Source: an uncultured Pelagibacteraceae bacterium (GTDB lineage Bacteria > Pseudomonadota > Alphaproteobacteria > Pelagibacterales > Pelagibacteraceae). Taken from it: a DNA stretch of 64,000 nucleotides. The position numbers and the translations under genes were made by a program. The notes under the pieces were generated by a model that made no database searches, was not told the DNA's origin, and saw only the letters and a list, made by a program, of their open reading frames with translations. The stretch lies in NCBI GenBank assembly GCA_902534735.1, contig CACARD010000003.1:24083-88082 (forward strand), in the 5' to 3' direction. Each line of letters begins with the position of its first letter. Within the stretch, counting starts at the first letter, position 1. Below are positions 29,472 to 38,331 of the stretch, one piece after another.

Positions 29472-29932
29472 TATATTGATGATCCCATTGGTATTGGTTG
29501 TGAAACTGCTGTTGTTAGCCAGCAATCTAAAAGATTGCCTTCTTTATTATTCTTTTCAACTTTCCATTTAAATTTAAAATATTGTTTGTCCTTATCCAAG
29601 ACAACAACTTCATAAGTTGCCATTGTATTTGATTTGTAAATTTCAGTTACTGTATTTTCTTTGTGGTCAATCAGCATCGAGTATGAAGCCCCTTTTAACA
29701 TTCTTTTAAATCTATCTAATGGACCTGTCATCCTTTGATTATTTGGATGTGCAAATTCCCATGTTTGCTCAATCCCTCTATCTTTATATGGACTGTCATT
29801 TTTCATTAACGCCTTTAATTGAATTAAAACAACTTGTTTTGGATCTATATTCACACTTGGTTTTAAAACATCAGCAAATGAAGAATTAAAATAAAAAAAT
29901 GTAATTAAAAAAAATAAAATTTTGAATTTCAT
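29471..29932 (-). CDS. Exported DUF4864-like protein
   Basis: Signal peptide; P..VV..QL.AL..ND.P..D.G....WEFAHP pattern. Confidence 0.7.
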   Translation of the reverse strand: MKFKILFFLITFFYFNSSFADVLKPSVNIDPKQVVLIQLKALMKNDSPYKDRGIEQTWEFAHPNNQRMTGPLDRFKRMLKGASYSMLIDHKENTVTEIYKSNTMATYEVVVLDKDKQYFKFKWKVEKNNKEGNLLDCWLTTAVSQPIPMGSSI

Positions 29933-29998
29933 ATTTTAAATTTATCTTAAATTTAAAATGAAATAAAAGGTCTTTATATCACACTTAATAATTTGATA

Positions 29999-30424
29999 TT
30001 ATATAGTTTTGAACAATCTATCGTATTCGTTTTTAATACATTTATTAGAGATATAATAAATTTTATTTTGAGAGACTAATTTAGCTGCATTTTCGTTGTG
30101 AATTCCTAATTGCAACCATAATACATTTGCACCAATTTCTATTGTTTGTTTTGCTATTTCCTCAGCCTCCTCACTAGGTCTAAAAACATTAACAATTCCA
30201 ACATGATCTTTAATATCTGTTAGTTTTTTATAAACTGGTTCACCATGTATAATTTTATTATCTGTTACTGGATTAACAGGAAAAATTTTGTAACCTGTAT
30301 TTCTTAAATATTTCATTATTATATTGGAAGTTTTTTTTGAGTCTGGGCTTGCTCCAACAATTGCTATCGTCCTATAACTTAAATATAGTTCTTTTATTTT
30401 TTCATCTAAAAGTGTTGTATCCAT
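29999..30424 (-). CDS. CoA-binding protein (YccU-like), paralog 2
   Basis: IAIVGAS, PVNP, VNVFRPSE, LWLQLG, NKC motifs. Confidence 0.88.
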   Translation of the reverse strand: MDTTLLDEKIKELYLSYRTIAIVGASPDSKKTSNIIMKYLRNTGYKIFPVNPVTDNKIIHGEPVYKKLTDIKDHVGIVNVFRPSEEAEEIAKQTIEIGANVLWLQLGIHNENAAKLVSQNKIYYISNKCIKNEYDRLFKTI

Positions 30425-30432
30425 AATTTGAT

Positions 30433-30882
30433 TTAAATTTTAAGATCTAGTCGCGGTTTCCAAAATGGTCTGAAGAGTTCAATTTTTGGACATCTATTCA
30501 TAACTACTTTTAAACCCGCATCTTCAGCAATTTTTGCTGCATCATGATTAATTACACCGATTTGTCCCCATAATACTTTTGCTCCAATTGATATTGCCTC
30601 TTCAGCAATTCCATAAAGATCCTCGGATCTTCTAAATACTTCAACCATATCAACAGGTCTATCGATAGCTGATAAATTTGGATAAACTTTTAGATTTCTA
30701 ATTTCCTTTATACCTGGTTTAGGATTTACAGGTATCATGTCATAACCAGTTTCATGCAAAACTCTTAATACACCATAACTAAATTTAGTTTTATCTGGAC
30801 TAGCACCAACCATTGCAATTGTCTTAACTGAGCTTAAAATATCTTTTAAATATTCAGCGCTATAAGGTTCGTTATGGTTCAT
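30433..30882 (-). CDS. CoA-binding protein (YccU-like), paralog 1
   Basis: IAMVGAS, PVNP, VEVFRRSE, LWGQIG, MNRCPKIE motifs. Confidence 0.88.
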   Translation of the reverse strand: MNHNEPYSAEYLKDILSSVKTIAMVGASPDKTKFSYGVLRVLHETGYDMIPVNPKPGIKEIRNLKVYPNLSAIDRPVDMVEVFRRSEDLYGIAEEAISIGAKVLWGQIGVINHDAAKIAEDAGLKVVMNRCPKIELFRPFWKPRLDLKI

Positions 30883-30884
30883 TT

Positions 30885-31250
30885 TTATTTTTTTTCATCC
30901 TTTTTACTTGCGATGTCTGCTTTTAATTCGTGTGGCTCTAAAGGATCAAGAAAAGGATTTCGGTATAATTTATCATGACTTTCAACTCCTATCTCAATTG
31001 TGCAATCTGTTTTTGCTTTAGCAACACATAAAATAATATATCCATCATTTATTTGTCTGTTATTTAAAGCAACTTGAGAACGTTGATCTACTTCTCCATT
31101 TATTAGTTTAGCTGCACATGTAATACATCCTCCATACTGACATCCGTATGGAAGATCGACACCTTGATCTCTTAATTCGTTTAATAAAGGTTTTTTTCCA
31201 CTGACTTCAAATGCACTGTTATTTCTGTTTGAGATTGTAATCTTTGTCAT
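30885..31250 (-). CDS. Plant-type [2Fe-2S] ferredoxin
   Basis: LPYGCQYGGCITC...ILCVA motif. Start at ATG 31250 (ATGA overlap with the upstream stop). Confidence 0.9.
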   Translation of the reverse strand: MTKITISNRNNSAFEVSGKKPLLNELRDQGVDLPYGCQYGGCITCAAKLINGEVDQRSQVALNNRQINDGYIILCVAKAKTDCTIEIGVESHDKLYRNPFLDPLEPHELKADIASKKDEKK

Positions 31251-32599
31251 AGCCAGATGTCGCTTGTGCAATCTCCACCTGGATATCTACTTTCATGGCA
31301 CCTACTAGGTCCATTTGGCTCTTTACCAAAATCAACAATAAAATCTTTATTAATTTTCATCCCACCATTTTCAACATCACAATCAATCATAATCATTGCT
31401 CCGCCCTGTTTTCTTATTTCAGGATAAAATTGATTATCCCAAGTAGAAAATAATGATGTTGTTACATACATCCTTTTACCATCTAAAGATAATTGATACA
31501 TTTGAGGTCCACCAGCAATTTTAACACCATTTACTTCTGGAGCCTTTCCTAACAATCCACCCATCCAAACTTGACCAGTTAATTTAGGATTGTGCGGATC
31601 TGAAATATCGTATTGTCTCATATCTCCATGAAGCCAATTATTTATATAGAGATATTTATCATCCATAGAAACCAATATCGCTGACATAACTCCAGGTACA
31701 GGAATTGGCCAATCAGGATGTGGTTCATTTTCAACATCAATTATTTTTTCCCATTCCCATTTACCTTCTTTTGATTTCCAAAAATGAATTACATTTGCAC
31801 TTAGCGCAGCACCACAAAATCCATGACTACTGTCAGGATTATGCATAAATTTTACTTCTAATGGTATTAAACCATCCTCACCTAAATACATTGTTTGAAC
31901 TGGCTCTTTTTTTTTAAAATCCCAAACATGAAGTCTTCTTCCATATTTCAAATGACCAACTTCCTCTAAATCAAATCCAGGCATAAAAGTATTAGGGGCA
32001 GCCCATTCAGAACTAACCATCACATTATGTCTTGGTTGGTACCAGAAGTCATAACTAAAAGGTATGTCTCCCATTGAATTTTCCCATCTACCTACAATTT
32101 CAAAATCTTTGTTTAAATGTAAATATCCTCCTGGAGCTTCTCCTCTTGCATCTCCTAGAAAAGAAATGATAATTTCAGAACCTAGGCAATGAACTGTGTG
32201 TGGTCCTGATAAATTAGTTTTTTTCTTTATTTCAGATCCATCTACTACTTTATGTAATTTTGGAACTCTAGGATCAGATGCAGTATCAACAACATAAATA
32301 TTATTTGATCTAACACCTGGAACTAATAAATATTTTCTGCTCATTTTTAAGTCGCCATGACAAGAAGAACATGCATTCCATCCCATATGATGCAATTCAT
32401 CACCAATACCTGGCATTTCAAGCCTATGAATTACTTTAGAATAAGTAGGGCTTTGAGGATCAACATCGACGGTTGCTAAGTAGTCTGGTTTTTGTATTCC
32501 TGTCCCTGTGTAAATCGCTATAGTGTATAAAAGCTTTTCTTTTGGTGCTTTTATTGCTTCTGCAGGACTAGCATATCCGGGACCACAACATCCATCCAT
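31247..32599 (-). CDS. Selenium-binding protein SBP56 / SELENBP1-type methanethiol oxidase
   Basis: GPGYASP, DYLATVDVDP.SPTY, DELHHMGWNACSSC, YDFWYQPRHNVM.SSEW, GGPQM.QLSLDGKR.YVTTSL..WD.QFYP, GGDCTSDIW motifs; no signal peptide. Confidence 0.9.
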   Translation of the reverse strand: MDGCCGPGYASPAEAIKAPKEKLLYTIAIYTGTGIQKPDYLATVDVDPQSPTYSKVIHRLEMPGIGDELHHMGWNACSSCHGDLKMSRKYLLVPGVRSNNIYVVDTASDPRVPKLHKVVDGSEIKKKTNLSGPHTVHCLGSEIIISFLGDARGEAPGGYLHLNKDFEIVGRWENSMGDIPFSYDFWYQPRHNVMVSSEWAAPNTFMPGFDLEEVGHLKYGRRLHVWDFKKKEPVQTMYLGEDGLIPLEVKFMHNPDSSHGFCGAALSANVIHFWKSKEGKWEWEKIIDVENEPHPDWPIPVPGVMSAILVSMDDKYLYINNWLHGDMRQYDISDPHNPKLTGQVWMGGLLGKAPEVNGVKIAGGPQMYQLSLDGKRMYVTTSLFSTWDNQFYPEIRKQGGAMIMIDCDVENGGMKINKDFIVDFGKEPNGPSRCHESRYPGGDCTSDIWL

Positions 32600-32659
32600 G
32601 ATTGATTTTCTCCTTTAATTACAACTTAATCTTTTTTTTAAGTGACTTCAACTTAATGG

Positions 32660-33433
32660 TTATTTGTTTTTCCAACTTGGATTTCTTTTTTCTATAAATG
32701 CACTTATACCCTCTTTAGCATCATAAGATGACATATTAAGTGTCATCATCTTGCTTGTATAATCATAAGCTTTGTTAAGAGGCATTTCTAATTGTTTATA
32801 AAAACCCTTTTTACCTATTTTGATAGTTAAATTTGATTTTGAAGATATTTTTTTTGCGATATCTAAAACTTTTTTATTTAAAGTTTTTGGACTGTAATGA
32901 TCATTAATTAATCCGATTTCCTTTGCATATTTTGCACTAATTGGATCACCGGTAAGTAGCATTTCCATCATTCTTTTTCTGCTAATTTTTCGGCTGACAG
33001 CTACCATTGGTGTACTGCAAAATAATCCAATTTTTACTCCGGGCGTAGCAAACGTTGCTGAGTTCGTACTATATGCAAGATCACAACTGGCAGCTAATTG
33101 ACATCCTGCTGCATAAGCTGCTCCATGTACTTTCGCTATGACTGGTTTGTTTCCCTCCACAATTTGCATCATAAGTTTTGAACAAAGTTTAAAAAGTTTT
33201 AGATGATTAGATCTATTTTTTATACCTCTTACCTCTTTTAAGTTATGGCCTGCACTAAATCCTTTTCCAGCTCCTTCTAAAATAATAACCCTTGTTTCTT
33301 TATCATTATCTAATTTTTTGAATGCCTTTAATAAAGATGAAAGAGTTTTGTAGGATAATGAATTATAAGTTTTTGGATCATTAATTAAAACTCTTTTAAC
33401 GCCTGGTGATAATTTATTTATTTTTACAGTCAC
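32660..33433 (-). CDS. Enoyl-CoA hydratase/isomerase family protein
   Basis: FSAGHNL, AYAAGCQLAASCDL, FATPGVKIGLFCSTP motifs. Confidence 0.88.
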   Translation of the reverse strand: MTVKINKLSPGVKRVLINDPKTYNSLSYKTLSSLLKAFKKLDNDKETRVIILEGAGKGFSAGHNLKEVRGIKNRSNHLKLFKLCSKLMMQIVEGNKPVIAKVHGAAYAAGCQLAASCDLAYSTNSATFATPGVKIGLFCSTPMVAVSRKISRKRMMEMLLTGDPISAKYAKEIGLINDHYSPKTLNKKVLDIAKKISSKSNLTIKIGKKGFYKQLEMPLNKAYDYTSKMMTLNMSSYDAKEGISAFIEKRNPSWKNK

Positions 33434-33808
33434 TTATTTTAATTTACCTTCTTCTCTCATCTTAGCTCTAATTTTAGTTGCTGAAATTTTTTGAATTTCT
33501 TCAGGCAAAACTATTTCTTCAATTTTATATCCAACACCTCTTCCATAACAAATATTTGTAATATTAGGGACAAGCATAATTTTGAACCTACCCTCAAACT
33601 CTGGATTAAGTTTTTCTTCAATATTTTTTTTGACAGTTTCAAAATCAAACGGGTTATCATCAACACCTTGTACATCTCTAATTTGAATACATACTTGTCC
33701 TGTTTTTTTTATAATTTCCTTAAATAGAGTATAGTGACCATCATGAAATGGTTGCCATCTTCCTAACATTTGAGCTGTTGGTTTTTTGTTATCCCATTGA
33801 TACGTCAT
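33434..33808 (-). CDS. Small HxGH nucleotidyltransferase (cytidylyltransferase-like)
   Basis: GRWQPFHDGH and ISATKIR motifs. Start at ATG 33808 (ATGA overlap). Confidence 0.8.
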   Translation of the reverse strand: MTYQWDNKKPTAQMLGRWQPFHDGHYTLFKEIIKKTGQVCIQIRDVQGVDDNPFDFETVKKNIEEKLNPEFEGRFKIMLVPNITNICYGRGVGYKIEEIVLPEEIQKISATKIRAKMREEGKLK

Positions 33809-34215
33809 TTTTTTATCTCCTTTAAAATCTTTGGTGCCCAAGACTTAGCATCTTGTGTGGTAACATGAAAATTATATTTTTCTGGTTTAACAAACATTTT
33901 ATTAGTGTCATCAAACCTACCTTCTTTTATTGTATCTACCCAAACTACATAATCTGCAGGAAATAAACTTCTTGCTTTAGGAGTTGGGCAAATAAAATCT
34001 GCAATCACATAATTTCCTTGGTTTTTTAATTTTAATGCAAACTCAGCCATTCTTTTTGCTTGTCTTGTTCTTCCTTCTTCTGAAAAATCCCAATCGTTTG
34101 CGGCTTTTCTTACTTCATCTGCATTTAATCTTTTTGCATTCAATAAAGGAGCAAGTTCGTCAGCTAATGTAGTTTTTCCTGCGCCTGGAAGTCCCATGAT
34201 TAATATAATTTTCAT
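33805..34215 (-). CDS. Short adenylyl-sulfate-kinase-like P-loop kinase
   Basis: GLPGAGKTT, LNADEVR, DFSEEGR..Q..R, ADFICP motifs. Confidence 0.75.
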   Translation of the reverse strand: MKIILIMGLPGAGKTTLADELAPLLNAKRLNADEVRKAANDWDFSEEGRTRQAKRMAEFALKLKNQGNYVIADFICPTPKARSLFPADYVVWVDTIKEGRFDDTNKMFVKPEKYNFHVTTQDAKSWAPKILKEIKK

Positions 34216-34230
34216 TTTTAGGTTTTAACT

Positions 34231-35406
34231 TTAAATTAAATTACCAGCAACCCACTTATGAAAATGATGTGTTGGATTGTCCATCTTTGGAGAAAAATTA
34301 CCACCATTATAAGCTGGAGAGTTTCTACCTATTTGCATACTTTGAATTATATCTACATCTTCTTTTTGAATATCTTCCCATTGTTTGTGATTTTCTTGTC
34401 TTAAAGTTTTATACTTTGTTGAAGTTGCCGCCTCATCTCCAACATAATAAATTTCCATATGTTCTATTGTAAACTCATGATTGACTGGCTCTAACCAATA
34501 AGCATAATAATGATCTTTGTGAATTCCTAACATTACATTTGGGAATAGCGCTACATACTCAGCTATATTTTCCTTATCTTTAGGCCAATTAGGAAAGCAT
34601 GGGAACTTTTCATTTCCGTCAAACCTTGGATTATAAACAACTGTTCCTTGTCCGGCGAAACGATTTGGAAGACCTTGAATATGATAGTGATCTTCTAACT
34701 TTGAATAAGAATTTAATCCTGGATGAACCCAAGGCAAATGATAGCTTTCACAATAATTTTCAATTGCAAATTTCCAATTACATTTTGCATCTAATTTAAA
34801 ATAACCATAATCATTTGCATGATGAATTAATTCTCTATCTTTTAAGGGCCAAAATTTTTCCCATCTTTGACTTAAAGGACCAATATAATTCTCAAATGAA
34901 ATTTCATTGTTGTTAATATTAATCATAATTAGATCTAACCAAATATATGATCTTATCTCTTTTAAATTACTTTTTGATTTATCAAATTCAGGTGTTTGAT
35001 GAATATTCATTCCTCCAATATGAGGTGTAGCAATTAATTTACCTTCTAAATCATATGACCATGAATGATATGAGCACCTCATAACATTTCTAATTTTGCC
35101 AGCTTCTTTAACTAATTTAACTCCTCTATGACTACAAATATTATGAAAAACTTTTATTTCTTTATTTTTTGTTCTAACAATAAGTAAGGGTATTCCAAGT
35201 AAATCAATTGGTTTCACATCACCTTCGTCTGGAATAGAACTTCCAACTCCAATGACGATCCACTTATCTTCAAATAATTTTTTTCTTTCAATTAAAGTAT
35301 ATTCTTTACTGATGTAACATTCATTTGGTAAACCATGAGCTTCACTAATTGGTTTAGATACAATATCTAACTTTTGTTTATCTATAATATTGTAAATTTC
35401 TGACAT
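34231..35406 (-). CDS. Rieske non-heme iron oxygenase alpha subunit (choline monooxygenase / betaine demethylase-like)
   Basis: Rieske CSHRG...CSYHSWSY; mononuclear Fe site NWK...ENYCESYH...VHP and ED. Confidence 0.88.
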   Translation of the reverse strand: MSEIYNIIDKQKLDIVSKPISEAHGLPNECYISKEYTLIERKKLFEDKWIVIGVGSSIPDEGDVKPIDLLGIPLLIVRTKNKEIKVFHNICSHRGVKLVKEAGKIRNVMRCSYHSWSYDLEGKLIATPHIGGMNIHQTPEFDKSKSNLKEIRSYIWLDLIMININNNEISFENYIGPLSQRWEKFWPLKDRELIHHANDYGYFKLDAKCNWKFAIENYCESYHLPWVHPGLNSYSKLEDHYHIQGLPNRFAGQGTVVYNPRFDGNEKFPCFPNWPKDKENIAEYVALFPNVMLGIHKDHYYAYWLEPVNHEFTIEHMEIYYVGDEAATSTKYKTLRQENHKQWEDIQKEDVDIIQSMQIGRNSPAYNGGNFSPKMDNPTHHFHKWVAGNLI

Positions 35407-35409
35407 GGT

Positions 35410-36039
35410 TTATTTTATCACTTGATATAACCCTAACCAAGCATTTACGTCTTTGCTCGCAATGTAATCTGATTTAAAAAATTTTATTTCTTTCCATTTA
35501 TTTTGCTCCTTAAGTTGTTCAATTTTTTTATCAAAACCATATTCTTCGTGTATTCCCTCATTAATAGTAAAACAGATAAATCCATCATTCTTTGTAATCC
35601 TGATAAATTCCTCCAAAGCTGGTGGCTTTACATGTCCAAAAGTAAATGTACCAACGCACATAACTGAGTCATATTCGTCATCTTTTTTATTAATGGGTTT
35701 ATTCAAGTCTACTTGTTCAAGCTCTTCATAAAGATCATTCGGTACCAATTCTAATAACTTTTTCGAAAGATCTGCCCCATGAAATTTTTTAAAACCATAT
35801 TTTTTTAATTCAACACCCACTAGTCCGGTACCACAACCAGCATCATAAATTTTTGCTTCTTTATTTTTTTGAAATTCTGAAAATACTTTTGTTGTCTCTT
35901 TTGGTCCTGTGTAATTCCAATCGACCATATCCTTATCATATTTATTACCATCTCCCCACTCATCGTAATATTTCATTACTTCATCGGTGTCTTTCAACTT
36001 GTAGATGGGAATTTTGTTACCTACGTCTTTTTGCGCCAT
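35410..36039 (-). CDS. Class I SAM-dependent methyltransferase
   Basis: DAGCGTGL, GADLS, CVGTFTFGHV motifs. Confidence 0.85.
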   Translation of the reverse strand: MAQKDVGNKIPIYKLKDTDEVMKYYDEWGDGNKYDKDMVDWNYTGPKETTKVFSEFQKNKEAKIYDAGCGTGLVGVELKKYGFKKFHGADLSKKLLELVPNDLYEELEQVDLNKPINKKDDEYDSVMCVGTFTFGHVKPPALEEFIRITKNDGFICFTINEGIHEEYGFDKKIEQLKEQNKWKEIKFFKSDYIASKDVNAWLGLYQVIK

Positions 36040-36047
36040 AATAAAAC

Positions 36048-37010
36048 TTACTTCACTTTTAATAAAAAAACTCCAAAATAATTTTTTTTATCAGTAAAAT
36101 ATTTTAAGACTTTAAAGCCAGATTTATTAACTAATTTAACAAAATTATTTTTTGAATATTTATGAGAATTTTCAGTATGAATGGTTTCATCTTTAGTAAA
36201 TTTAATATTCTTTTTATTAATTTTTAATGTGAAATTTTTTTTCGAGATAAGATGCATTTCAATTCTATTTTTTTTTAAATTGTAGAACGCTTTATGTTCA
36301 AAATCTTTCGTTTGAAATTTTGAATTACAAATTTTGTTTACTACATTTAATATATTTTTATTAAATTTAGCTGTTACTCTCAATTTATCATTATAAGCAT
36401 TTTCAAGGGTCTTCTTATTTTTGATTAAATCTACCCCAATTACTAAATAAGAATTTTTACCTATGATTTTTGAAAAATTTTTTAATATTTTATTTGCATT
36501 TTTGGGTAAATAATTTCCTATGGTAGATCCTGGAAAAAAACTGACTATTTTTTTTTTATTTTTTAAAATTTTATTTAATCTATTGGTCTGACTAAAGTCA
36601 GCACATATTGCTGTTACTTTTAAATCTGAGAATTTTTTTGCAATTATTGATGCATTTTCAAACAAATATTCCTTACTAATATCTATAGGAATATATTCTT
36701 TGGGTTTGCTTAATGAATTTATAAATTTGTTGATTTTTTTATTTGAGCCACTTCCGAATTCTACAATTGTTGAATGAATTGGTAATTTCTTTCTTATCTC
36801 TTTTTGTGAACTACCTAGTATTTCTAACTCTTTGTTTGTTGGGTAATATTCTTTAAGGTTTGTTATTTTATTAAATAACTTCGAACCTTTTTCATCATAA
36901 AAATATTTAGGTAATAAATATTTTTGTTTTTTATTTAATAATCCTTGTAAGATTAATTTTTTATCATCTTGAATTTGATTGTTTATGTTTATTAATTTTA
37001 AATTAGTCAC
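36048..37010 (-). CDS. egtD: L-histidine N-alpha-methyltransferase
   Basis: PKYFYDEKGSKLF..IT.L.EYYPT..E, EFGSGS..K, FPGSTIGN, AYND, RIEMHL, IHTENSHKY motifs. Confidence 0.92.
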   Translation of the reverse strand: MTNLKLININNQIQDDKKLILQGLLNKKQKYLLPKYFYDEKGSKLFNKITNLKEYYPTNKELEILGSSQKEIRKKLPIHSTIVEFGSGSNKKINKFINSLSKPKEYIPIDISKEYLFENASIIAKKFSDLKVTAICADFSQTNRLNKILKNKKKIVSFFPGSTIGNYLPKNANKILKNFSKIIGKNSYLVIGVDLIKNKKTLENAYNDKLRVTAKFNKNILNVVNKICNSKFQTKDFEHKAFYNLKKNRIEMHLISKKNFTLKINKKNIKFTKDETIHTENSHKYSKNNFVKLVNKSGFKVLKYFTDKKNYFGVFLLKVK

Positions 37011-38227
37011 TAGATATCATCAGCTAGTCTGACACCGCAAAACTGCCAAGTATCACTTGGGTAAAAGAAATTTCTATAAGATGCTCTGACATGATTAATA
37101 GATGTAGAATGTGAGCCACCTTTTAAAACAAACTGATTACACATGAACTTATTATTATATTCTCCTAGATTTCCTTCATAAGGTTTGTATTTTTTGTAAG
37201 GTGTGTAGTTACTACTTGTCCAAGCCCATAAATTTCCATAAACATCGTCTGCCTTTTCCTCTACTTCATGAAAAATTTTATTTTCTAAAAAATTACCTTT
37301 TTTTTCAGATTGTTTTAAAAAATACTCTAGTTCAAATTCAGTCGGTAATCTTTTGTTTTTGTATCTTGCAAAAGCATCTGCTTCATAGAAACTTATATGA
37401 GAAACTGGCTTTTCATTATCAATTTTTTTTACACCGTTTAATGTAAAATAATTATTATTATCTATCCAATACATTGGTTTTTCTAATTTGTTATTATTTA
37501 CAAAATCCCATCCATCAGATAACCAATACTCGTGGTTTTTGTATCCTCCATCATTAATAAATTCTTTCCACTCTCCATTAGTAACAAATGAATACAATTT
37601 AAAAGGATCTAATTGTGTTTCTGATACTGGTAATTCGTTATCGTAACAAAAAATATCTTCGTCGTTTCCATATTTAAATTTCTTAGCGATTTCTAATGTT
37701 AATTCATTTTTTTCTTTAACAGCTGGTTTATCATCTTTAGAATTATAAGTCGGCATCAATGGATTGTTGTAAAAAATATTTTTAATATCCATTAACATTA
37801 ATTCCTGATGCTGTTGTTCGTGATTTGAACCTAGTTCAACTAAAAATGATGTTCTGTTATTTTTTGTTCTTTTTAAAAAATCAATAATATTTTCAGTTAC
37901 ATAATGTCTATATTTTACAACATCTTTTAAGATGGGTCTATTTAGTGAACCTCTCTTATTTCGAGGATTGTACTCACCTACAGAATTATAATACGAATTA
38001 AATATGTAATTATAATCTTTGTTAAAAGGTTTGTAACTTTCATCCAATTCTGACAAGATGAATTTTTCAAAGAACCATGTGGTGTGACCAAGATGCCACT
38101 TAAGAGGACTAACATTTTTGCTGGGCTGTATGACCATATCCTCAGCCTCTAAATTCTCACACAGAGATAGAGTTTGTTGTCTTGTTTTGGAGAATAATTC
38201 TGTGATTTGAGATAATTTATTTTCCAT
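37010..38227 (-). CDS. egtB: Ergothioneine sulfoxide synthase
   Basis: SPLKWHLGHTTWFFE, FNSYY, HEQQHQEL (Fe ligands), FGE-like C-terminus with RLPTE.E, GEYN.KFM, YRNFF. Confidence 0.9.
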   Translation of the reverse strand: MENKLSQITELFSKTRQQTLSLCENLEAEDMVIQPSKNVSPLKWHLGHTTWFFEKFILSELDESYKPFNKDYNYIFNSYYNSVGEYNPRNKRGSLNRPILKDVVKYRHYVTENIIDFLKRTKNNRTSFLVELGSNHEQQHQELMLMDIKNIFYNNPLMPTYNSKDDKPAVKEKNELTLEIAKKFKYGNDEDIFCYDNELPVSETQLDPFKLYSFVTNGEWKEFINDGGYKNHEYWLSDGWDFVNNNKLEKPMYWIDNNNYFTLNGVKKIDNEKPVSHISFYEADAFARYKNKRLPTEFELEYFLKQSEKKGNFLENKIFHEVEEKADDVYGNLWAWTSSNYTPYKKYKPYEGNLGEYNNKFMCNQFVLKGGSHSTSINHVRASYRNFFYPSDTWQFCGVRLADDI

Positions 38228-38331
38228 GACTAAATTTAATTAAATTTTCAGATCATGACAATGGGTTACAATGTGTTCATCTGTTTAATATTTTTATAGA
38301 CACGGAATATAAAATAATTAAGAATTTACTT

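Noticed and set aside
31247-38227. Selenium system (selenoneine synthesis or a selenoprotein) suggested by SBP56 plus EgtB
   Set aside because: No selD or senB in the window and no in-frame TGA seen; 'selenium-binding' is only the family name.
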